This document shows positions 55,472 to 63,350 of a stretch of DNA of 64,000 nucleotides, piece after piece. The stretch's first letter is position 1; the number at the start of each line of letters is the position of its first letter. This DNA is from Melioribacteraceae bacterium (lineage in GTDB: Bacteria; Bacteroidota; Ignavibacteria; Ignavibacteriales; Melioribacteraceae), in the NCBI GenBank assembly GCA_021740785.1, contig JAIOZI010000021.1, positions 824-64,823 on the forward strand, in the 5' to 3' direction. The position numbers and the translations under genes were made by a program. The notes under the pieces are model-generated. The model searched no databases. It was not told the origin of the DNA and was given only the letters and a program-made list of their open reading frames with translations.

Positions 55472-58400
55472 CAGTTCTTATAAATTTCCTTCAATTTTGG
55501 TTTTAGTAATTTATCACCTTCATCCCCGTTAGGATGACAGTCGTAACAAGCGGTACTTTCATATACATAATCAGCAACTCCGCTATGTTCATCATCCATC
55601 TCGGTCCTGCTATGTTCATGACAATTTATACATTCGTAAAAAGTGAAATCAGCTTGGTTAACATGGCAATCGGCGCAGGTATTCCATTCACCATTATGTT
55701 CACCGCTGTAAATTGGGAAATAAGCGGCATCATGTTCAAAGGTTGACGGCTCCCACGCTATCTGGGAATGACAATCTTGACATGTATGAGGAAAGAATGC
55801 TGCTAAATGATTCGGATCAGTTGCAGTATTATAATCTTCCTCATGACACCCGACACATTCCACCGGTGTATTGTTATAATCATTATTATGACAATCAATA
55901 CACTGATTTGAAATTGATGCATGCGCGCCGACTAACTCAAAAAATGAATTGTGAACTTCAAAGGTTGCAGGCTTCCAATCCGGTTGAGTGGAATGACACT
56001 GTGAACAATCATTTTCAAGTCCCAGTGAAATATGATCAGGATTTGTTGTTGAATTAAAATCAGTTTGATGACAATCAAAACAAACAGTTGAAGTACCGGT
56101 GAATCCGTTCTCATGACAATCACCGCACTCCATAATTTCAAGATGCGCACCAGTTAAAGGGAAATCAGTTTCATTATGATCAAAATGAGTTTCCTCCCAA
56201 TTAACCGGGGAATGACAAGTACCGCACTCGGTTGGGAAACCTTGAGCTAAATGATCTTCAGTAGCATTGTAATCTTCCTCATGGCAGGCAAAACATTCCG
56301 ATGAAACAATTTCCACCGTACCGACATGACAGTCGGAACATTGAATCTCAGCGTGTTGACCAAGTAATTCAAAACCGGTTTCAGCATGAGAAAATTCCGA
56401 AGGTATCCATGCTGTAGTGTTGTGGCAGTCCTCGCATACCTGTGATAACCCGGCATTAACATGATTAGGATTTACCGCAGATGTGAAATCCGTTTCATGG
56501 CATGAATTACAATCGCTGGCAGTACCGGAATAAACTTCCGTATGACACTCACTGCACTGAACATCAACATGTGAGCCGGTCAGCGGAAAATCTGTTGTTG
56601 CATGATCGAATGAAGTCTCTTCCCAGCCTATTGAGGAATGACACATTTCACAATCTGTCGGGAAATTTTGAGCAATATGATTTTCCGCGGTATTATAATT
56701 TTCTTCATGACAGCTTAGGCACTGCGGATCTGCCGTTGTAGTGTTGCCTTCATGACAATCACTGCATTGTTGAATTTCAGCATGCTTACCGGATAACTCA
56801 AAACCTGTCACCGCGTGAGTAAACTCTGAAGGTGCCCAATTGGTTGTATTGTGGCAGTCTTCACATACCTGTGATAACCCGGCGTTAACGTGATTAGGAT
56901 TTACAGCAGACGTAAAATCCGTTTCATGGCATGAATTACAATCGCCTGCAGTTCCGGAATAAACTTCTGTATGGCAGTCACTGCATTGAACATCAACATG
57001 TGAGCCGGTCAACGGAAAATCTGTTGTTGCATGATCGAACGAAGTCTCTTCCCAACCTATTGCGGAATGACACATTTCACAATCTGTCGGGAAATTTTGA
57101 GCAATATGATTTTCCGCGGTATTATAATTTTCTTCATGACAGCTTAAACACTGCGGATCTGCCGTTGTAGTATTGCCTTCATGACAATCACTGCATTGTT
57201 GAATTTCGGCATGCCTGCCGGATAGTTCAAAACCGGCTGCTGCTGTATGATTAAACTCTGAGTTTGCCCATTCCGTTGATGAATGACATTCATCGCAATT
57301 TTTAGATATTCCTGCCGCTGCATGATCCGGTATTAATGCAGTATTATACGACTCAATATGGCATGTCTCACATTCCGACGAAGTCCCGCTGTAACCCGAA
57401 ATGTGGCAGCCGGAACAATCTGTTGTGGAGTGAGCTCCCTCTAACGGGAAAGCTGACGAAGAATGATTAAATGCACCGTCTTCATCACCATTGGGATGAC
57501 ATGCGAGACATTCGGAACTTTGATACACATAACCGGATACTCCGCTGTGTTCATCGTCCATATCGGTTCTATTGTGCTCATGACAATTAATACATTCGAA
57601 AATAGAATAGTTTGTCGAGGAGGTATGACAGTCTGAACAAGCATCCCACTCCCCTCTGTGTTCACCGCTGTATATTGGAAAATACGAAGCATCATGATTA
57701 AAAGTTGATGGTTCCCATGCAGATTGAGAATGACACTCGGTACATTCAACCGGGAAATTTGCCGCCGCATGATTAGGATCGGAAGTTGAATTGTAATCGC
57801 TCTCATGACAACTAAAACATTCTTCGACCGTATTTACATAATCTCCTTGATGACAACTCTCACAATCGGAAATTATTGATGTATGAACTCCGACTAAATC
57901 ATAATGTACCGGGTAATCAGCAGGCTGCCATGCATTCTGATTGTGACATGTTGTACAGTCGGTCTCAAAATTTAATTCCACGTGATTTGGATTGGCAGTC
58001 GCATTAAAATCATCTTGATGACAGTAGGTACACTCTTCAATCGTATTAACATAATCGGAAACGTGACATGAATTACAATCACCTAAAATATCGAGATGAA
58101 TACCAGTCAAATCAAAATGAACAGGATAACTTGCAGGCTGCCATCCGGGATTAGTTGTATGACATTCAATACAATTAGTAGAAAAAGAAAGTTCTACGTG
58201 ATTTGGATTAGCGGTGCCTTCAAAATCCGGCTGGTGGCACGAATAGCAATCCGAAGATAACCCGGTAAATGTTGAAGTTTCATGACACTGGTAACAATCA
58301 GTAATATTATGCCCGCCGGTTAACGGGAAAAAATCATGAGTGATGGATGCAAAACTCCACTCTCGCTGGTCGAGCGAATGACATTCAGTACAATCTTGAG

Positions 58401-58920
58401 AAAAACCTGAAGCAGCGTGATTCGGATTATTTGTCGCGACATAATCTTCCCTGTGGCAATCGATACAATCAGTACCAATTGGTTCAAATCGTAATCCGCT
58501 GGATGAAACATGGCATTGTCCGCAGTCGGCAGTATTATGATTCCCGATCAAAGGAAAGCGTGCAAGCTGATGGATTTCTGTTATATTCTTCACAACCCAT
58601 GAGGATGGGTCATGACAGGTTTGGCATTCTTCACCCAAAGTATTTTCATGTACATCGGTATGACAACCGCTGCACATCATATCCACACCGGAAAAAACTA
58701 ATGATTCGTGACAGTCAATGCAATTTATGCTTTTGTGCTGCCCTTCCAGTTCGAATAAAGTTTGAGTGTTGTGATCGAATTTTAGATCTAGTGTTTTTAT
58801 CGCCCATGTTTCAGTTGTGTGACAAGTCGAACACTCGAGATCAAATCCGTCTCCGTGCGGTGACTGTGCATACATGACCGCAGAAAAAATTAATATTATT
58901 AAGAATGACAAGTTGCGCAT
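55471..58920 (-). CDS. giant multiheme c-type cytochrome (46 CxxCH motifs by my count)
   Basis: Signal peptide ...VMYAQ. 46 CxxCH in 1149 aa, organised as doubled-CxxCH units with recurrent NPNH and FPL(T/I)G motifs. Contains an internal tandem duplication. Confidence 0.9.
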   Translation of the reverse strand: MRNLSFLIILIFSAVMYAQSPHGDGFDLECSTCHTTETWAIKTLDLKFDHNTQTLFELEGQHKSINCIDCHESLVFSGVDMMCSGCHTDVHENTLGEECQTCHDPSSWVVKNITEIHQLARFPLIGNHNTADCGQCHVSSSGLRFEPIGTDCIDCHREDYVATNNPNHAASGFSQDCTECHSLDQREWSFASITHDFFPLTGGHNITDCYQCHETSTFTGLSSDCYSCHQPDFEGTANPNHVELSFSTNCIECHTTNPGWQPASYPVHFDLTGIHLDILGDCNSCHVSDYVNTIEECTYCHQDDFNATANPNHVELNFETDCTTCHNQNAWQPADYPVHYDLVGVHTSIISDCESCHQGDYVNTVEECFSCHESDYNSTSDPNHAAANFPVECTECHSQSAWEPSTFNHDASYFPIYSGEHRGEWDACSDCHTSSTNYSIFECINCHEHNRTDMDDEHSGVSGYVYQSSECLACHPNGDEDGAFNHSSSAFPLEGAHSTTDCSGCHISGYSGTSSECETCHIESYNTALIPDHAAAGISKNCDECHSSTEWANSEFNHTAAAGFELSGRHAEIQQCSDCHEGNTTTADPQCLSCHEENYNTAENHIAQNFPTDCEMCHSAIGWEETSFDHATTDFPLTGSHVDVQCSDCHTEVYSGTAGDCNSCHETDFTSAVNPNHVNAGLSQVCEDCHNTTNWAPSEFTHAVTGFELSGKHAEIQQCSDCHEGNTTTADPQCLSCHEENYNTAENHIAQNFPTDCEMCHSSIGWEETSFDHATTDFPLTGSHVDVQCSECHTEVYSGTASDCNSCHETDFTSAVNPNHVNAGLSQVCEDCHNTTAWIPSEFSHAETGFELLGQHAEIQCSDCHVGTVEIVSSECFACHEEDYNATEDHLAQGFPTECGTCHSPVNWEETHFDHNETDFPLTGAHLEIMECGDCHENGFTGTSTVCFDCHQTDFNSTTNPDHISLGLENDCSQCHSTQPDWKPATFEVHNSFFELVGAHASISNQCIDCHNNDYNNTPVECVGCHEEDYNTATDPNHLAAFFPHTCQDCHSQIAWEPSTFEHDAAYFPIYSGEHNGEWNTCADCHVNQADFTFYECINCHEHSRTEMDDEHSGVADYVYESTACYDCHPNGDEGDKLLKPKLKEIYKN
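56377..57234 (-). repeat. 2 x 429-bp near-identical tandem duplication inside the 46-heme cytochrome gene
   Basis: Units 56806..57234 and 56377..56805 each encode 143 aa with 6 CxxCH. I count 8 aa differences between the units. A diverged third unit follows below 56376. The antisense ORFs 56502..56741 and 56931..57170, offset by 429 nt, mirror this duplication. Confidence 0.9.
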
Positions 58921-60377
58921 TTAAATTCGTCGTATTTATAATTAATAAAAGAACCGGCATCAATTTGTACCGGTTTATGACATTGGCTGCATTGTAAATT
59001 TTTGTGTGCCCCGTCTAAAGGAAATCTTGTTGCTGCATGGTCGAATAATAACTTTTTCCATCCATTTGGTGAATGACATCGATCACAAATAGTTTTCCCT
59101 TTTTGTTTGAACTGTCCGAAGTGAACGTCATTATGACAGTCTTCACAAACACTGGTAAGTTCACTGAATACATGGATGATTTTTGATTCATCATCTTCAA
59201 GCAGGTGACATGTTCTGCACTCTACTTTTTGATGATTGCCGACCAGAGCAAATTCAGTCAATGAATGATCAAAATTATTTACTCTCCATGATTCGGATGT
59301 ATGACATTTTTCACATTCATTATTACCGATAAACTCTTTACTAATAGCATCACCATGTATATTTTCATGACATTCACTGCATCTAGTTGATTCAAATGTG
59401 AAGTCCCATTCTTTTTCTGTTTTATGACATTGCTGACATGGAACTGCCAAATGAGCCCCGCTTAAAGCAAAACCAAGCATTGAATGTTCTTGGATAGAAT
59501 AATTAGAAGGTATAAATCCGTTTAATGAATGACATTTACTACAATCGGTAATTACTCCCTCTTTCGTGAACTGTCCCTTATGAAAATCATTATGGCAATC
59601 CGTACATTTTTCATATTTCGGTTTATTGCTTAATCCGCCGATATGACAGCTCTTGCATTCAACTATTATATGTTTACCCTGCAAAGGATAATTAGTTAGT
59701 GAATGATCGAATTCATCCATTTGCTTAATTTGTTTGAAGGATGAAGTGGAATGACATTTTTGACAATTACTTCCAAACTTATTGTTGTGTACATCGTTGT
59801 GGCATGGGGTACAATTATTAAACTGAAGTCCTTTGAATAATTGGAACTCTTTATCATTACGATTTTCTTTCTTATGACATTTTTCACAATCAACATTAAT
59901 GTGGGAACCGGTAAGCTTATAAGCGGCTTTATCGTGGTTGAATTTGGGAGCAGGTCTGAACTTTTCAGAATTATGACATGACTGGCAATCATTTGAAAGA
60001 GTACCTTGATGATAATCCTCATGACATGATGAACACTCTTGATTGAGTCCGAGAAATGTACCGGTGCGTTTCTTTAATTCCTGGTCATCAATAAATTTTG
60101 GGATGTGACAATTTTCACACTTTACGGAAGAGTGTTTCCCTTCCAACCGGTAGCCGGTTTTATCATGATTGAACGAATCTTGATCAAAACGGGCAATTTC
60201 AAATTTTCGCCCATGATGCTCACTATGGCATTCAAAACACTTTTTCGATGTTACTTCATTATTAGAATGATATCCTCGATTAGCATCAGCTAATTTTTTG
60301 ATTTCGGTGTGACAGTCCAAACATTTGGAATCTAGAACTTCTTTACCAAGCTCATGACACTTTGTACAATTGCTCAT
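58899..60377 (-). CDS. multiheme c-type cytochrome (20 CxxCH); true start probably upstream at 60485 (ATT)
   Basis: 20 CxxCH in 492 aa. The listed Met has no signal peptide, but the in-frame upstream sequence encodes one; see the finding on 60378..60503. The 3' end overlaps the 46-heme gene by 22 nt. Confidence 0.85.
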   Translation of the reverse strand: MSNCTKCHELGKEVLDSKCLDCHTEIKKLADANRGYHSNNEVTSKKCFECHSEHHGRKFEIARFDQDSFNHDKTGYRLEGKHSSVKCENCHIPKFIDDQELKKRTGTFLGLNQECSSCHEDYHQGTLSNDCQSCHNSEKFRPAPKFNHDKAAYKLTGSHINVDCEKCHKKENRNDKEFQLFKGLQFNNCTPCHNDVHNNKFGSNCQKCHSTSSFKQIKQMDEFDHSLTNYPLQGKHIIVECKSCHIGGLSNKPKYEKCTDCHNDFHKGQFTKEGVITDCSKCHSLNGFIPSNYSIQEHSMLGFALSGAHLAVPCQQCHKTEKEWDFTFESTRCSECHENIHGDAISKEFIGNNECEKCHTSESWRVNNFDHSLTEFALVGNHQKVECRTCHLLEDDESKIIHVFSELTSVCEDCHNDVHFGQFKQKGKTICDRCHSPNGWKKLLFDHAATRFPLDGAHKNLQCSQCHKPVQIDAGSFINYKYDEFKCATCHS

Positions 60378-60466
60378 TCCCTCGAGGTTTTCGTGAGCAG
60401 TAGTCAGATCCCCCGGGGATATTTGAGCAATAAGTTGGTAAGATAATAGTAAAATAATATACAGAA

Positions 60467-61801
60467 TTAATTTCGATGCTTTAATACCGCCTCTCCGAAT
60501 TTAGTAGTTATTGATATTCCGATTTTTTCAAGGAATTTATTCGGCAATTCACCGCCTGCAAAAATATATACTAAATCATTATTAATTTCCGCTATCGAAT
60601 CATCGCTCATCTTCAATAAAACAGTATCATCTTTTACTTCGACTAAATTTGTATTATACATGATTTTTAGTTTACCGGAATCATTTGCAGCATTTACTTT
60701 TTCAAGATTCATTGGTTTAATACGTTTAAAAGATTCGCTTCGATAAGATAAAATAACATGATTCCCTTCATCGGCAAGCAGCATCGCCGATTCAACTGCT
60801 GAATCTCCGCCGCCTACAACTAATATTTTTTTCTTCTTAATTAATTCCGGGTCAAGAAGTTTGTAATAAACCTTTTCCTTATCTTCACCCTTGACGCCCA
60901 ATTTTCTAGGTGTTCCTCTTCTTCCAATAGCCAGCAGAACATGCGAAGTTTTATAACCGGATTGATTCGTAATCACTTCAAAACTATTCGCACTTTTTTT
61001 AATATCAATTACTTTTTCGGATTCTTGAATAACAATTTTATTTTTTTCGAGAACCTCTTTCCACAAATCAATTAATTCTGTTTTACTTGTTTCGTATAAT
61101 TTTACAATTCCATGTGTCGGTAATTCCATGGGTGAAGTCATCACAACTTTTGCCCGGGGAAATGAAAAAACAGTTCCGCCTAAAGTTTCTTGGTCAATAG
61201 TAATAAATTTAAGACCATGTTTTTTTGCGTTGAGGCTAGCGGCAATACCTGCCGGACCCGCGCCAACGATTACCAGATCATATTCATTATTATTTCTTTC
61301 AACCTTCTTTCTCACAATATTATCAACTGCTTGTTTACCCTGTTCAACAGCATTTTTAATTAATCCCATACCGCCGAGTTCTCCAGCGATGTACATCCCG
61401 GGAACATTAGTTTCATACTCCTGGGAAACATGCGGAAGATCGACACCGCGTTTCTCCGTCCCCATTACAAGTGAAATTGCTTCAACAGGACATGCATGAA
61501 AACATGCACCGTGACCAACGCAGCGTGATGCGTTAATTGTTGTAGCCTGCCCGTTTCGTATTCCTAAAATATCTTTTTCCGGGCATGCATTAATACATGC
61601 ACCGCTGCCGATACAAATATCGGAATCTACAACCGGGTGCAGCGAAACCGGCTCGTAAAAACCTTGTTCTTTTGCTTTATTTATTTTTGCTTCTACTTTT
61701 TTTGATGCGGAGGATTTACTTTTAAGATAATACCAAACAATTCCGGAAATCATCAAGACTACGATTAAGTATGCCGCTATATTTTCTAATAGTACTTCCA
61801 A
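60467..61801 (-). CDS. membrane-anchored 2x[4Fe-4S] ferredoxin-domain / FAD-NAD(P)-binding oxidoreductase
   Basis: N-terminal TM helix (IAAYLIVVLMISGIVWYYL). CIGSGACINACP and CVGHGACFHACP. Dinucleotide folds DLVIVGAGPAGIAAS and ILVVGGGDSAVE. Confidence 0.75.
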   Translation of the reverse strand: MEVLLENIAAYLIVVLMISGIVWYYLKSKSSASKKVEAKINKAKEQGFYEPVSLHPVVDSDICIGSGACINACPEKDILGIRNGQATTINASRCVGHGACFHACPVEAISLVMGTEKRGVDLPHVSQEYETNVPGMYIAGELGGMGLIKNAVEQGKQAVDNIVRKKVERNNNEYDLVIVGAGPAGIAASLNAKKHGLKFITIDQETLGGTVFSFPRAKVVMTSPMELPTHGIVKLYETSKTELIDLWKEVLEKNKIVIQESEKVIDIKKSANSFEVITNQSGYKTSHVLLAIGRRGTPRKLGVKGEDKEKVYYKLLDPELIKKKKILVVGGGDSAVESAMLLADEGNHVILSYRSESFKRIKPMNLEKVNAANDSGKLKIMYNTNLVEVKDDTVLLKMSDDSIAEINNDLVYIFAGGELPNKFLEKIGISITTKFGEAVLKHRN

Positions 61802-61804
61802 TTT

Positions 61805-62440
61805 TTACTTTAGTTTTTGTAATGAATTTTTAGCAAGTTCGGCAATTCGCAGATCATCTGTTTGATTTGATAATTCTTCCCAAATCGACCTAGCTTTTTC
61901 TTTATTTCCCTTTGTAGCTGATATAACACCGAGGTTATACTTTGCATTCAAGTTAGATTTATCAATTTCCAATACAATGTTGGTTAATCTTTCAGCTTCA
62001 TCAAATTTTTGCATCCTGTGATTAATAAAAGTCATTGCCATCAGTACATCAATACGTTTCGGATTAACAACCAATATTTTTTTATAATATTCAAGCGCTT
62101 TTTCCGGTTTATGCGCTGAGGCAAGCATTCTCGCATATTCCGATATTTTTACAGTATCCGCCGGGTTTTCATTAATCTCGTTTTCCAATTTATCCATTCG
62201 TTCTTTTACATTACTCATTACATTCGAAGACGAAGGAGTATTATCATCACCCATCATTCCTTTATGAATATCATCATTCGGCATTTCTGAATTACTCATC
62301 TCCTGTTGAGGTTCATCAGAGTTTTCTCCAACACTTAAAATTATTATAACTGCAAAAACTAATAATATCCCGATCATATATATATATAATGGTTTTATTT
62401 TCATTATTTCTCCCTTGTTAAAAAATCCATGTATAACCAA
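61805..62440 (-). CDS. membrane-anchored TPR-repeat protein (NrfG/CcmI-like candidate)
   Basis: TM anchor IYMIGILLVFAVIIILSV (likely start MKIKPLY at 62404), a low-complexity linker, then about three TPR repeats (ALEYYKKIL..., AKYNLGVI...). Confidence 0.5.
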   Translation of the reverse strand: MVIHGFFNKGEIMKIKPLYIYMIGILLVFAVIIILSVGENSDEPQQEMSNSEMPNDDIHKGMMGDDNTPSSSNVMSNVKERMDKLENEINENPADTVKISEYARMLASAHKPEKALEYYKKILVVNPKRIDVLMAMTFINHRMQKFDEAERLTNIVLEIDKSNLNAKYNLGVISATKGNKEKARSIWEELSNQTDDLRIAELAKNSLQKLK

Positions 62441-63293
62441 ATAGAATCGTTACCACAACATGTATTAACATAATAATTAACATTATAATAGCAAAAGGCA
62501 AATGTAAAATATGCCAGTACTTAAAAAACTTCTGCATCGAGCTCAACATTCCTATCCTTCTTTGAAGCAGTAATTTCTTTTTTGCAATTTTTATAACTTC
62601 ATGTAAACTTTCGTCCGAAAGTTTTGCAGTCTTCAATTCATTTTTTAGTGAATTAAAAAATTTTTTCTTCACAAAATAATCTTTTGTAAATGTGGATAGT
62701 GTTTGAATAAATCCGACATTTTTATAATCATCAATCGAAATAAATTCTTCCATCTTCAGAATAAGCGCTTCCGATACTGAAAATTCATCTCTCAATTTAT
62801 TACTCATTTCTTCATTCATCTTTTTTAACTCAGAATAATTGAGAGTCTGCCCCTGCAATGTTCTGGGGATTTGTACATAAATAAATCTCCCAATAACTCC
62901 GCTTAATGCAACAGCGACCATACTGTAAAAACTTACGGAAACGATGCCGCCGAATTTAAATGCAGTGTGATACAAAACTAAAATAGGACCTACGCCGCAT
63001 AGAAAAATGTGCAATTCAAGCCAATATTTCAATGCGCCGCTTCTAACAAATCGTTTACTCCTTTTACGAATCATGTAAATGGAAACACCAAGAAGCATCA
63101 TTAAAGAACCGATTATTCCAAAGCCATGTCCCCAATCACCGCTCGGCTTTAATGTGTTATGCATCGTATCGAAAAATCTTTCTTCAATAGGGGTGAAATA
63201 ATATCCGGCGCCTACCAATGCAATGTAAAGTGTAATTACACTCCCGATTAGGATGAACGAACCTATGTAAAAGTTATGTTGTGCTTTTGTCAT
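62418..63293 (-). CDS. five-TM membrane protein with two H-x13-H helices (di-heme cytochrome b-like)
   Basis: TM3 is WLELH-IFLCGVGPILVLY-H and TM5 is HILH-LPFAIIMLIIMLI-H, each with exactly 13 residues between the histidines. A ~100-aa Lys/Glu-rich soluble insert lies between TM4 and TM5. Confidence 0.5.
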   Translation of the reverse strand: MTKAQHNFYIGSFILIGSVITLYIALVGAGYYFTPIEERFFDTMHNTLKPSGDWGHGFGIIGSLMMLLGVSIYMIRKRSKRFVRSGALKYWLELHIFLCGVGPILVLYHTAFKFGGIVSVSFYSMVAVALSGVIGRFIYVQIPRTLQGQTLNYSELKKMNEEMSNKLRDEFSVSEALILKMEEFISIDDYKNVGFIQTLSTFTKDYFVKKKFFNSLKNELKTAKLSDESLHEVIKIAKKKLLLQRRIGMLSSMQKFFKYWHILHLPFAIIMLIIMLIHVVVTILFGYTWIF

Positions 63294-63350
63294 TGAAGTA
63301 ATCTGTATAAAACAAAAAATGAAAATTAAGTCGGGACGAATTTATGGAAA

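Noticed and set aside
56502-57170. Two near-identical 79-aa plus-strand ORFs (56502..56741 and 56931..57170) as a duplicated small gene
   Set aside because: They are antisense shadows of the 429-bp tandem duplication inside the 46-heme cytochrome gene.
60467-60503. Programmed frameshift fusing the FAD/FeS oxidoreductase to the 20-heme cytochrome
   Set aside because: There is no slippery heptamer. A fusion would bury a signal peptide in mid-protein. An SD-like GGAGAGG plus ATT start explains the data more simply.
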